Positions 1 through 12,533 of a DNA stretch of 64,000 nucleotides are shown piece by piece. Position numbers and translations under genes: made by a program. The notes under the pieces were generated by a model. The model was not told the origin of the DNA and ran no database searches. It worked only from the letters and a program-made list of their open reading frames with translations. The stretch covers positions 1,984,001 to 2,048,000 of the forward strand of contig LSRY02000006.1 in assembly GCA_001643675.2 (NCBI GenBank). Reading direction: 5' to 3'. Within the stretch, counting starts at the first letter, position 1. Every line of letters starts with the position of its first letter. Source of the DNA: Monocercomonoides exilis PA203 (Eukaryota > Protista > Preaxostyla).

Positions 1-1051
1 AAGTGAATGAATTTGCTCCATTTTCTGTTTCGTTTTGTCTTTCTGGTGTCAACTTATTCTCTTCAGTTCCGATGCATTCAGCGTTTCTTGTTCTGCAACA
101 TCCAACAAACGAGGTGTTTGAGGCTGTCAAGGAAGCCAAGTGGTTGTTGAGGGAGGGAACAATTCCGCCATCATACGCATTGCAAACTGATGAGAATGAA
201 CAGTCATTCATCAGAGTGCAGCACCCACATCCCAAATCAAAACGAATCCCTTTGTGTGTAGGAACCGTTGAAATGTTGGAGAAAATCAAATCTGTGAGTA
301 AAACGCTCCCAACAAAGGAAGATGACAGAAATGGAGGTGAAGAAGTCTGGAATGAAGAGAAGCCCGATGAGAAAATTGAGACATAACTGGAAGACTGGCT
401 TTTTGATCCACTCATTTGCGTGGAGAAAAGAGGAGGCATTTGAGTTTGTTGTGCATTCCAAAATCGAAGTGTCAAGTTTGACAGAGATATTCGACTCCCA
501 CACAAATCAAATGGACTTATCTCACTTCTGACCTCAAAACGGCATCCAGAAATCATCACAATACTTTCAGTCCTTAAGGTTATTGAACTTGTATTTCCAT
601 TTGCCTTTATCCCCATATTCATGCACAACAGAGATGAACTATCCAGAATAATGTGGCTTCTCATCTTGCTTTCTTCAATTCCTTTATAAGCCTTCTTTTC
701 GTTGTGGATGCTAATATATGATGCTTCCCCATCAGTTGTGATGATATTCCTGTTAGCGTTTGTGTTTGAAGATTCAATGGTGTTGTTTTGTTTCATTTTC
801 CATTTTCCACTCCATCCCTCAAGTCCATCGTATTCAGAATTATTCTCGTTGAATTGTACTTGAATGTGAGTTTTCTTTGCATTGGAACTATTTTCAGTCT
901 CCATTGAAGTCATCCAACCACTTGCAGGAATAATTTTCAAAATATTCGAATTAGGAATTATTCCAATTTTGTCGTTTGTGGAATCCTCGCACAAGCAATA
1001 CCCATGAATGATTTTCCACAAAATTGCAACAATAACTTTCAATAGATTCAT
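1..1051 (-). CDS. Secreted/surface protein of an oxymonad-type expanded family, 5' part (3' end outside the window)
   Basis: Hand-translated uninterrupted frame from ATG at 1051 to the window edge (MNLLKVIVAILWKIIHGYCLC...CSFSSVCNAYDGGIVPSLNN...SFVGCCRTRNAECIGT...NGANSFT). Hydrophobic N-terminus and beta-helix-like S/N/C-rich text. Missing from the ORF track because it has no stop in the window. Confidence 0.7.
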   Translation of the reverse strand, partial: MNLLKVIVAILWKIIHGYCLCEDSTNDKIGIIPNSNILKIIPASGWMTSMETENSSNAKKTHIQVQFNENNSEYDGLEGWSGKWKMKQNNTIESSNTNANRNIITTDGEASYISIHNEKKAYKGIEESKMRSHIILDSSSLLCMNMGIKANGNTSSITLRTESIVMISGCRFEVRSEISPFDLCGSRISLSNLTLRFWNAQQTQMPPLFSTQMSGSKSQSSSYVSIFSSGFSSFQTSSPPFLSSSFVGSVLLTDLIFSNISTVPTHKGIRFDLGCGCCTLMNDCSFSSVCNAYDGGIVPSLNNHLASLTASNTSFVGCCRTRNAECIGTEENKLTPERQNETENGANSFT

Positions 1052-1693
1052 TTTGATGAGAAAAATTGACTTTCTTTTTAGATTTTTGATTTATTATTAT
1101 TAAGGGTTACATTTGATCCAAAAATGAATGATTCAAAAACATAATACATTAAATTCATGTCAAGCATTTCATAAGAAAAAAGTGAAATTAAATTATATGG
1201 CTATTTCAACAATTGTTCACATTTCTCTCGAAATTTCTAAGATTATTGGATGACTTGTGATTTTCTAATTGTAATCCTTTGTCTTTGTCCAATAAATCGA
1301 CTTGGACGTTTATTTTTTGAAAGACAATGATTTGATAACCATTTTCGTTTTCATCAAAAATAAAATTGAAATAAAATTGAATTTCGAAATGGATTCAAAA
1401 ATGATTGGTGGAACAAATTCCATAAAGAAAATATTTTCGTCCCTTATTGAAGCAAGCATGTTTTTCAATTTGAAATAACATAGCTACAAATTAATGAATT
1501 AATTGAAAGAAATTTTCACATGCAATTTAACTTAACAACAATTAAAATGGACTCAAAAATGATATACAAATCAAAAAATAAAGTAATGAAGTTTAGACCT
1601 TTTTATAAAATAAACAACAATCACCAACAACAAAGTTATAAACATGTAAATGTGAAACAACAAATGCAATTTTCATGTTTTATTTTCACAAAA

Positions 1694-4600
1694 TCACTTA
1701 GATTCATCTTTTATCTCTTCATTTGCTTTTTCAGTCACAGGAGTCTTTTCTTCCACATTTTCGTTTTCTTTCTTTTCATCTGTTGTTTGTTGAGTTTCAG
1801 ATTCAACTTCTGTTTTTTGTTCTTCTTCTTTCAAACTGTCATTCTTTTGGGATGCTTCAAATGCCTTGTCAGCCTCTTCCATCTGACTCAGAAGACTAAC
1901 CTTCTTTTTCGGTTCTTCGTTGCTTTCTCCTTCTCCTTCCTTATTCTCTTCTCCGCTCGGCTTCGATGCCAAAAACTCTTCCAGCAGCTTGTTTCTCCTT
2001 CTTCCTCCGCCTCTCTTTCCGAACAGAAGAGCCCCGCTGTCATTCTGAGAGGAACCTTCTACTGACAGCACAGAAGCATCCAATGAATTGCTTTCATTCT
2101 GTTTGCTTTCACTTGTCATAAATCTCGAAAACAATGAAGAAGCAGCAGAAGCAGCAGCAGAAGAAGAAGAAGAAGATGATGAAGCATTTTCGTTGTCTGC
2201 CTTCAAATTGACAGGCACCCATGTCAGCTTCATCACACAGAGGCCGATGTTGTCTCTGTGTGTTGGGGCAGTCGCGTCAGGCACAAGAGGAACAGCTCCT
2301 TTTGCTTCATACACGTCGCCTGCTGCCTTCACCAGCAGCGACGCCATGTTCTGTGCAGACAGAGAGGAGATGGCAGCATCGCTGTAGAAGACTGAGTGTG
2401 AAGAAGGAGATGATTCATCTGGAGATTGAGAAGAAGAAGAAGAAGAAGAAGCAGACGACTGTTGACTTGCTTCGTCTTTTAATCTCTTTGCCTCGTTCTG
2501 AATGAGCCGAGGAATAAGATTGGCACATGCATATGGCTTGATCACATCCCAGAAGCCGTCACTTGCTGCCACACACCACAGCGGCAGAGGAGCATCCACA
2601 CTCACAGAGCTTTCACCTTCTTTCCTTTCATTTTCTCTTTCTGCTTCTTCATCCACACAGAACCGCACATGCTTTTCAGCAGGCTCCAACTTCACCAGTT
2701 TCGTAGCAGCCAATGCGATTGTCTGGGGCGACTGGAAATCTCCTATTGATCGTGTGACCATCATGCCATTCACACGAACAGTGGTGCCAGCATCGCCTCC
2801 TTCTTCCCCTTCTCCTTCGCCTTCGCCGCCCTTTTTGCGGTTCGGCATCTCCACCACGTCTGCCCCTTCTTTGCGGCAGCGCTCCACTTCAGCAGGATTT
2901 GTGGAGACGTGCCGCTCTGTCATCTCAACAGGGAAAGAAAGAGAAGAAGAAGAAGAGGAGGAAGAAGAATAAGAAGAAGAATTCTCCTTTGTTGATGGAG
3001 GATATGAAGAAAAGAGCCAACACTCTGAATCTCCCACATTCCCACTCACAAGTTCATATGACCCACCAACTGTGTATGAATCAAAACGACACAGTTCTGC
3101 CTCTTCTGCTTTCTCTCCTTCTTCGCTCTCTGTTTTTTCCTCATTCTGATTATCCTCAGAAGATGTTTCATTCATCCATTTCTTCATGTCCTTCTCTGTC
3201 ACTTTTCGCAGCTTCCCTTCCAACTGCCTTGCCATCGTTTTTTCGCTCAGCGGTGCCACAATCGACTTCCCATTCCCATCAAAGTGCTCATTCCCTGTGT
3301 TCAGCACCACACCCGTGGCAGTTGCCCCTGCCATTGTATAATACTCCTTCCCGTTCACCTCTTCTCCTCCCATCCCGTTTGTCCCAATTCCTCCTTTTCC
3401 TTCTCCCATCTCTGCATCAATCGCCTTGATTGTGTTGCGCAGCACCTCCTCCAACGACGGGCTGCCGAGCATCGCTGCTGCTGCCAGCTTCTCATACTCC
3501 TCCAGAAAAATTGGGCAGAAGCGCATTTTGGCGAAGTGTGCTGCTTCTCTCCCCCGCTTGCCGTCGAACGAGTGCCCGTCAAACACACAAATGCCGCTCC
3601 GCACAGGAAACGTGCCTGTGAAAGAGAAGCCATTCACATCGTCCTCCATCGACTTCTTGTTCCTGTCCACTGCACTCCCAATGGAAGACTGCAGAGTCAC
3701 CACTCCACTCCAGTTGCGCGGAAGAGCCTTCTGCTTTTGAGCTAACCTCGAAGATTGAACTGTCTTTTGTTTATTATTATCATCAGCAGCAACAGCAACT
3801 GCAACAGCAATCTCTGCTGGCACAGACAATTGTTCACTGTCTTGCTGTGTGGAGGAAATAGCCAAAGACGATGATTGCTGCTTTGCTGCTTCGGAGGGTG
3901 CTTCTGCTGGATATGCCAATTGACTGTCAGAAGAAGCAGAAGCAGCAGTAGGAACAACGTGAATGTCGCTTTGTCCGTCTTTTCCGATGAAGATGTCAGT
4001 CAGAAGATCTGACTGCTCCAGCTGAGTCACCTGCATCAGTCCTGTTGTGTCAAGAGATGTTGACAGCAGAGACGAGGAAGACGAGGAAGAAGAAGAAGAA
4101 GATGATGATGATGAAGCTGAAGCAGGAGAACTTGAAGATTCATCTGCAGTGACTGCCTTTTCGTTATCAGATGTCGTCTCCTTTTGTTCTGCAGCTGCTT
4201 CGTCTGTTTTTGTTTGCTCTGGCTGTTTTGGAGGAAGAGTGAGCTGTGCAATGACTTTCCACATTCTGTCCATCTGCTCCTCGTATTCGTGTGACGTGAC
4301 AGCTGCCTGAGACAGTGAGTGTGGTCCTCTCAATGAGCTCGATGAGGCACGCGATGAAGAAGGCGTTGAAGAAGAAGAAGAAGAAGAAGCAGTCGATGGA
4401 CGGTTCATAACAGAATGTCGCGGAAGAGAAGATGTACTTGTGGGTTTTGGAGGTAATTCTGTGAAAAAGCAAAATTAATTTTGAATTTGAATTGAAAAGT
4501 TAAAAAGATAAAAAAATAGCGCTGACACAAATAATAACAGACCAGATCCAGGTGCATGTTGGTCCTTATGTTCGTCGTTCTTTGTTGATTGAACTTTTGC

Positions 4601-5603
4601 AAGTTGAGAAAGAACAGACGCAGTGACAACAGCTTTTTCTTCTTCACTCAAAAATCCTAAATGTTTGGTGACTTCTTGGCGAACAGTATTTTCCGTCCAT
4701 AAAACAGATTTTACTGTTCTTGTTGTACCGCCAAGAGAACGAAGTGATGATGAAGACGATGAAATTGCGCTGGTTCTAGGCTCCTTTTGCTGCGACGCGC
4801 TTGCAGGTCGATTTCCCGTTCCAAATCGTGACGGACGCGGAAGAGAGCTTGAAGAGCTGGATGGGGTGTGTGTTTTTGTCGTTGGTGTTGATTTTGTATC
4901 ACGTATCGGATGTCCCGAAGAAATTGGACGAGTCACTGTTGATGCTGTTTTGGCACTGGCTTTGATTGTTGGAATCCCCGTTGTGTGAGTTCCGTTTGTA
5001 GGTCGTGTGCTGGAAGAACCAAAACCTCTCCTAGTTGTAGTGGTTGATGCAACCGCTTTAGATGCAGTTGGAGGTCTTACTGAAGATGATGAGCTTCGAA
5101 CTCCCATCCTTTGAGTCGAAGAAGAATTCGCTCTTTGCGTTGAAGAGGAAAATCCAAATCGGCTACTAGAACCGAATGTGGACCTAGCTTTTGATGCTGT
5201 TTGCGGTCTAATTGAATGAGTTGAAATCAAACATGTAGATTTAGCGCTTGAAGTCGGACGGGCGGAAACAGAGCCAGAAATTGGACGCCTGATTGTTTGG
5301 CGAGATTGTAATGTGGTTGATGGATGTGAATTTAGTTCTTTTGCTTGATTCGCAGGTTGAGCTGAACGCTCATGAGAATGGCCTTCTGGAGGAAGAGGAG
5401 TTGCTGTTGGGTCATGAGTATGAGGTGAAACTTGAAAGGCATGTTGATTCGAATCCACAGGTGGTGGAGACAACGGCTTTTCTGTAGCCGCAGAAGCATC
5501 AGAAGAAACTTTGTGAGGTGAAGTCTGTTGAATGATCTGTGAAAAAAAACAATCAACTCAAAGAAAAAGAAAACAAAACTGTTTCCTGCTTAACTTCTGG
5601 CAT
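1694..5603 (-). CDS. PP2C/PPM-family Ser/Thr phosphatase with long disordered N-terminus (3 exons)
   Basis: Motifs SMEDD, VFDGH, GNVGDS, TRSIGD, ASDGFWD and DNI occur in order in ORF 1694..4408. Upstream exons join in frame: MPEVKQET (5603-5580), intron 5579-5537, exon 5536-~4545, intron ending at ttttcacag ~4459. Confidence 0.88.
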
Positions 5604-5949
5604 GGTTTCATTTTGTCTATTTAAAGTGATTTCATTGCTTTCAATGGTTGTCATGCCGAATTACCAGAGAATTTGGCAGATTTCGATGAATAAAAACACT
5701 TGATCGACAATATCCATAATCAAGTAATTTTTCTTTTCAAAAAAAACAAATGATTTTTCCGAATAGCGAAATTTGTCGTCTCTTGAATAATTTTTAACGT
5801 ATAATAAATAATCAAAGTTATCATATGTAATTTCAATTATGCACATTTTACAGCATTTGAATGCGGTTTAATAACTTTACTAATAACGGAATAACAATTT
5901 TAAAAACGAAAAAGTTCTCAAAAAAATTATCCTACATAAAAATTTATAA

Positions 5950-8534
5950 TTATTTCTTTTTAATTTTTTCTTTGTTATGACTTCCTTCTTTCACTGCTTC
6001 CTTTTTCTCAAGTTTCTTTTTCGGTTCTTTCCCAACTTTCGCTTTTGTCTTTTCCGAAGCCTGACTCATTTTCTGTTGTTGTACTCTTTGCACTGGGAAT
6101 GTATTATATCTCTTTAGTATTTCTTCTTTGCACCCGAGGAAAAGCTCTTTCCATTCTTCAGCATTCAACTTCTCATCGACATTCTCAAGCTCTTCCTTTG
6201 TAAAAGTATGTCTATTTGTGTGATGTTTGGCTTTACTACTTTGATTGCTTGTATCTTCATCATCCTCTTCCTTCTTTTGTTCAGCTTCTGAAATCTGTTT
6301 CATCAGAAGCATCTTCCTCCTCTCGTCTTTTGCTTTTCTTTCTTTGCGATGGCGCTCAATTTCTCCGCCTGTTGGCTCATTCATCCAATGAAATCGAGGG
6401 CGGTTTGGGAAAGTGTGTGGAATAATAGAAGAAAATGTGGTGGTTGGGGCAAATGTGGATAGCTGCTCTTGTTGGAGTGAAGAAGAAGAAGAAGAAGGTG
6501 GAGTTTGAGTTGGAGCTGATGATGAATCTGTTGTGAGCGGATTGATGTTGCATTGTCGTGTGTGTGGTGGGATAATCACTTCCATCAGATTGCTTATCAG
6601 CCCTGCATTGGAAATAAAACATTGTAAATAGAAAGGCAATAAAAATAATTTTGTAAAAAAAAGGACAGAAAATTCATAAATACAATCTCCAAATTATTAA
6701 TTTCAAAGCTCTTAACCATTCCCACTCATTTATTTAGTCTGATACCTTTGCTGTATCTGTTCACATGCTTTTCTTTGAGATCGTCCTTCAGATCATCCAC
6801 ATAAGTTGGCGGAAGATCGCGAATAAAGGACTTTCCTTGCACAATCTGCATCGCATCTTTCCTGTTCTGCTTCAGTCGCTTCCACTAAAATGCAAATGAG
6901 ATGGTTGAATTAAATGTTAAATAATTTAATATGTTGCAAGAGAAGGTGGGAAAATATAGAATTATTGGATAACATGATCAGTTGTGAATAAGAATGTATT
7001 TGAAGCAAAAACACAAATGCAACTCACTTAGATTACATGAAACTTTAAAGAAGGCTAAAATATTAAGTCTCATTTCACATATAAGCAAATCACTTGCATT
7101 TAGCACACCTTTAAAGTTTCAAGTGTCGAAGTGTTTGTGAGGAAAAGATAAACATGATAGAAAAAGAAGCTCAGCAATGCAATGCACAAGCAGACAGAGA
7201 ACATCACAGCTATCGAAGTCCACATGCGATGGTTCAGTATCACCTGTAGAAGCATTCATTGAAAAAAAAAAGGAATGTTAAAGAATTCATTAAATGCTTT
7301 ATTATCACTTGAACATCACACAGTCAGAGCAATTTTCCATCCAATTGTAATGACTTGCCCGTTACGCAATCTGACTTGCTTTCCAAACATGCCATCAGCA
7401 TTCACAAAATAATACAGAAGCTTGATTGCCACGTATGCTACATAAGCAGAAGCAATAGGTTAAGAAAGTGGAAATGAAACAAGAGAAAAAAACAGACCAA
7501 TGTACCCGCACGTCACTCCGTTCGTCAGCAAAAATAGCAAAAAATAACGATAATTTCCAGCACCAACACTAATTTTTTAATTTTTTTCAGCACAGTTATT
7601 GGTTAAATGTGAAGTATATTTTCAAATAACATATTGGCGATTCATGTAATATTTGTTATGTCAAATGTTGCAAAAGAGCGCAAACCAGTTATTAATCCTA
7701 TTTGTAAATAATATTTCGAAAAAGCTCATTAAAGATAGCATTTAAATGAACAACTTTAACACACCATGGGCAATGATGATCGTTTCTAGCTATGCAACAT
7801 CCACAAGTTGAGCAATGACGAGTTCGAGGTGGTCTAATAGTAATCATAGAACCAAATGAATGCATAAATAATTAACGAAAGATATTTCTAACAAATTATT
7901 TCACAAGCTTTATAATCCCGCAATGTTTGCAGAAGCGAACTTCTGAATGCAGATACCCATCGTATGGATATGCCTTTTCAAAAATTGGATAATTCAATTT
8001 TGTAACAACACCAGGATCTGCTTTGCATGCAACAATAAACGATACAATTGACAGCGTTATTCCAGCAAAAATAAAAATGCTTGGAACGTGGTTAAATAAA
8101 AAGGATTTTGTTTTAAAAAAATGACTTTATTCAAATAAAAGCAAACTTGTGAAGAGAGGACATATGCTTGCCATCAAGATACAAAAAAATTCCGAAGAAC
8201 CATGCAATATACATCCCAATAGCAAGACTCATGTAAAAAATCTCATGAAAAGAATATGATGCAATATTATTGAGGTGAAACAAAAGAAGATAGAACACAC
8301 TTGCATGCAAGGATTCTTCTCAAACATTATTTTATTGAAGCAAGCCTCAAAACAGTTTGGTGGGCGATAAGAGCGTCCATCTGATGTTTGTTCTTGTTTC
8401 TTTTGAGGATGGCAGAGAGCATAGAGCTTGTTAACAAAAGTTCCTCTGAACACTGGAAGCCCCCCAAAGATGAGCACGATCAACAGAAAAAACAAAAAGA
8501 CAATAAGCAAAGCCGAAATTATTTCTATCGACAT
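5950..8534 (-). CDS. DHHC palmitoyltransferase, Swf1/ZDHHC4-like (8 exons)
   Basis: Spliced translation gives [71 protein letters not shown] (TTxE-like) and [14 protein letters not shown] (PaCCT-like). Confidence 0.92.
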
Positions 8535-9063
8535 AAAACATAAATATCAAAAAGAAAATATTAAGGTTAGATAATCTTAAAACTTTTAATTCTCTATATC
8601 AAAATAGTGTTAATTTGATAAAAATTAAAATGCTTTAAAACAATTAAAGTGAGAATTGTCGGCATAAAGGACGATGACAATTTATGTATTTTAAGAGATT
8701 TCTCAAAACTTTCATCATAAAACAAAGTGTAATTATTCAGTATTCAATGTGTTGTTTTCATTGTTTTGCCACTCAATAAAATATTATTCATAAAATTTTG
8801 AAAAGAAATATCGAAATTAACTGTAAATAATTTTCAGATGATCAGAATTGCCATAAACTAATCCTTAAAAGAATAAATCATTATTTTAATCTTTTTTAGC
8901 TTTCAAAAAATACTTTCATATTAATTTTGGCATGGAAGTTAGCTTTCAAGTGTGTATTGTGTGTTATTCTTTTATTTAATTTTTTTTTATTCTGTGATTG
9001 TTTTTGTGTATATGACAATTTGCCATTTTAATCTTCATGCAAAAATATTGTAATATTCAGAAG

Positions 9064-10479
9064 ATGACAATTACAGAAAAGTTTTCAGGTATGCATGTTT
9101 TATTTTATTCGAATTTATGATGATTACGATTTTTCCATTTCTTTTTTGAAGAATTGTTTTCTGAGCTCGAAAGCTGCACCGAAATTGAAAGAAAACAAAA
9201 AATTGAAGAAATGAATGAAATAATTGACAAAATGTATGATGAAGAATTTAGATCAATTTTAGCAAAAGAACTGTTCGATACAATCGAAAAAATGATTGAA
9301 GAAGAGAAAATTTCGCTGGAAAATGCAATTTTTTTACTGAAACACTTTGGATATTGGATAGAGAATAAAAATATATGGATTGATATCTTTGAAGAATCTT
9401 TATTGAATAAAAGATTTGAGAAGATGATTATTGAAGAAAATATGAAAAACGAAGAAAAAAACGAAAAGTTTCTTGTTGATCTTTGTGAATGTTATGTTTT
9501 TCTTAGACATCATTTCTCATCTGAATTTCTTTCGATTTGAACTCGCTGTCTTGTAAAATATGCTTTGAGAAAAGAGGAAAAAGAGGAAGCGCAAAAAGAT
9601 GTAGAGATGGTATTGCTTGCTTTGAGCAATATTGCACAATTTGAGGCTTGATTCATTTTCTTAATTTGCATTAGTTTTTATGTTTTTTGATGATTTACGA
9701 ACTTAAAATTTATAGATTCTTGAAGAAAATCTAAGTTTGTATGATATTCAAGAAATCATCGAATATCATCAAAAGCACCACAATCTTACTCCATTGGCAT
9801 ATCAATCAGCTTGGGAGTTATTGATTACCAGATTTGATGACGAAGGAAGATTAAAACGAACGATTATTAGCAAGCTGCATTTTGTTGACGAAGTTACAAG
9901 AGAAATGGAACTTGCGTCAAAGAATGTGAATTCTAAGGAAAATGAAGAAAAAAAGAAGAAAAGCGAAGTAACAAAAGAAGAAACAATTTTAATTAGATGG
10001 CTCGAAACGCTTGATTCTTTCTTTTACTCGTTTAAGCAGATGAGAGAGGATTCTTCTTTCCTTGTTTGTTTCATTGCTCAGTTATTTCGAAAAGCAAAGG
10101 GTTGCCACGGAGAGATAACTGACCAAATCATAAGATCATTTCACAGTGCAATGGAAAATAAAGCAGTTAAAATTGGTTGTTTGTTGAAAAGTGGAGCAGT
10201 TGATGTTGTATTGAAGGATATAGTTCGGATGGATTTGATAAATCCATATATTTTGAGATATTTGTTTTTTTTTTTTTTGAAGATCTTTATGAAAGATTGA
10301 AGAAAAAGACGGAAAATGAAAGCAAGGATGCAAAGCGAAAAGAGATGAAAAGAAAGTTATGTGACAAGTTTGAGGATGAAGGATATAAAGACTTTTTAGT
10401 CGGATTACTTCATTGCAAAGTCAAAGAAGTATCTGGAAATTTTTTTGTGATAAATTATTTGCCTGAATATTTTGTTTAA
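9064..10479 (+). pseudogene. Disrupted copy of an expanded acidic helical protein family (FSELE..KIEEMNEIIDxM type)
   Basis: Exons 9064-9088, 9152-9645 and 9716-10479. In-frame TGA at 9538-9540, with coding-like sequence continuing (...CLVKYALRKEEKEEAQKDVEMVLLALSNI). Frame change near 10265-10290 between the 187-aa and 60-aa ORFs. Confidence 0.7.
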
Positions 10480-10599
10480 TGCTGAACAACTTTCTTTTTT
10501 ATTCTCTTCATTTGCCAAAAGACATCTTACGCATTCGATAGAGCAATAAGGATATTTTGTATTTATTTTAAGCGGATGAAGAAATTATTTGAATTGTCG

Positions 10600-11330
10600 A
10601 GCTCATTTTTTGACTTATTCATCATCCGCAGATTCATGTTCGTTTGTCTCAATAATTTTTAGCAATTAGGCATGGTAGTCAAAATGTAAAGATTCCACCA
10701 ACGTTCAAAATTCAGAAGCGAAAAAAATTTATCAGAAAAAGAAAAAAGTTTCTTTTTCTCATTGCATATCGTTTTCTCTTCAATTATCTGCTATATATCT
10801 TCAAATATTCTCTTCATCTGTTCAAAAAATTCAAATTTCTGTGAATCTTTCAACGGAAAACTCAAAATGGATTTCGGTTTTGTGCGTAAAACATGTTTGA
10901 ATGAATAATTGGAAATGAATTCATTCGTTACGAATGAAGAATAACGAAAAACACTATTTTTCAAAAATTAAAACATTATTCTTTATATTTTCCTTTCAAT
11001 ATTCTTCATGCACTGCTTGTAAATTGCATTTTCTTTCTCTCTTTCCGATTTCATTGTGAACACAATAAAATAACATTTTCTCCGATCTTCTTCCAAAATG
11101 GTTCATTTGAGGCAAAATCATAAAATCCTCCATCATATGCTCCCTCATTGTTCTTCACAATCTGTTTCATATAAAATTATGTTTCATCCAATCTTCACTT
11201 CTCGCTCCGAAGTGGAAAGCGAGAGAATTAAAAAGTCGCCCAAATTTTTATCTTTGAGAAATTTGGAGCAACGCTCATTCACCTCTTTGTCATTCTTCTC
11301 CGTTAATTGAAAATAACTAATTTTTTTCCC
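10600..11330 (-). pseudogene. Decayed coding-like relic, unknown product
   Basis: Protein-like translation (LTEKNDKEVNERCSKFLKDKNLGDFLILSL...FASNEPFWKKIGENVIYCVHNEIGK) interrupted by several in-frame stops. Confidence 0.4.
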
Positions 11331-11803
11331 TTAAGATCTCGTAAATTTTACAAAGACTTTTGGTGAAAATACTTAAAAATTGATCAAAATACATTATTTA
11401 ATATTCTTTGGAGCTAGTTCTTTATTCAAATTTTGGAGATTCCCTACGATTTCATCAAACAAATAATCGCATAAATTGTTCAATTGATATCTCATGGTTT
11501 CAGTTACCGACTCAACAATATGTTGTGAAATGCTTTGGTAAAAATTGTAATTCAACATTTTGATTACTTTTTAGCTAAATTTTTAGATTAGTTTCAATTT
11601 ATCTTCAATTATTATTATTGAATTAACTTTTTTTTTTATATTTGTTAATTTATTTCTTATTCTCTGTTAAATTTTTGAGATTACAAAATATTATAAAGTT
11701 CTTGAAATTTCTTAGTTATTTTATCATTTGTGTTCAATAACACAAATAAATAAAATGAAATGGAAAAACGGAAAATTTTTTCATTAAAAATCATTGATAC
11801 AAT

Positions 11804-12214
11804 TTACGCGCGTTCAGCTCTGATTCTTCTTGCAAGTTGCATATCTTTTGGCATGATTGTAACACGTTTTGCATGAATTGCGCACAAGTTGGTATCTTCA
11901 AACAATCCAACGAGGTAAGCTTCGCATGCTTCCTGAAGAGCTGCAACTGCTGAGCTTTGGAATCTCAAATCAGTTTTGTATTCTTGTGCAATTTCACGAA
12001 CAAGACGTTGGAATGGAAGCTTTCTAATCAAAAGTTCAGTGCTCTTCTGATACTTTCTGATTTCACGAAGTGCCACGGTACCTGGACGGAAACGATGGGG
12101 CTTCTTCACACCACCAGCTGCAGCTGCTGTTTTTCTTGCTGCTTTTGAAGCGAGTTGTTTGCGTGGAGCTTTAACACCAATTTGTTTACGAGAAACTTGC
12201 TTTGTTCTAACCAT
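11804..12214 (-). CDS. H3: Histone H3 with divergent N-terminal tail, intronless
   Basis: 136-aa ORF with canonical fold ([37 protein letters not shown]...[20 protein letters not shown]). Confidence 0.98.
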   Translation of the reverse strand: MVRTKQVSRKQIGVKAPRKQLASKAARKTAAAAGGVKKPHRFRPGTVALREIRKYQKSTELLIRKLPFQRLVREIAQEYKTDLRFQSSAVAALQEACEAYLVGLFEDTNLCAIHAKRVTIMPKDMQLARRIRAERA

Positions 12215-12533
12215 TTTGAATTATTATTAGTTTGATAAAGATATATCAAATAAATTGAATGTTGATTAAATCATTTGGATTATATATATAACGGTGAGTA
12301 TGAAAAGATCACTTTGTGCACAAAACATTTTGATCAACACATTAACTTACTTATAAAGGTTTGGGATCTGCATAATTTTTCAAATCTTATTGGACAAGAA
12401 AATGAGGATGAATGAAAAAAAAATAGTCATGAACATATAATATCTCACTTTGGAATATTGTTTTTTGAATTGAATTAAAAAATGAAAAATGATCCACCCA
12501 CATTAAATGAGCACAGATTATTTATATCGTCAA

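Noticed and set aside
10985-11310. UGA recoding (selenocysteine or Trp)
   Set aside because: TGA terminates intact genes here (PP2C, Sec20, Nudix, kinase), no SECIS is evident, and the same relic also has TAG/TAA stops.
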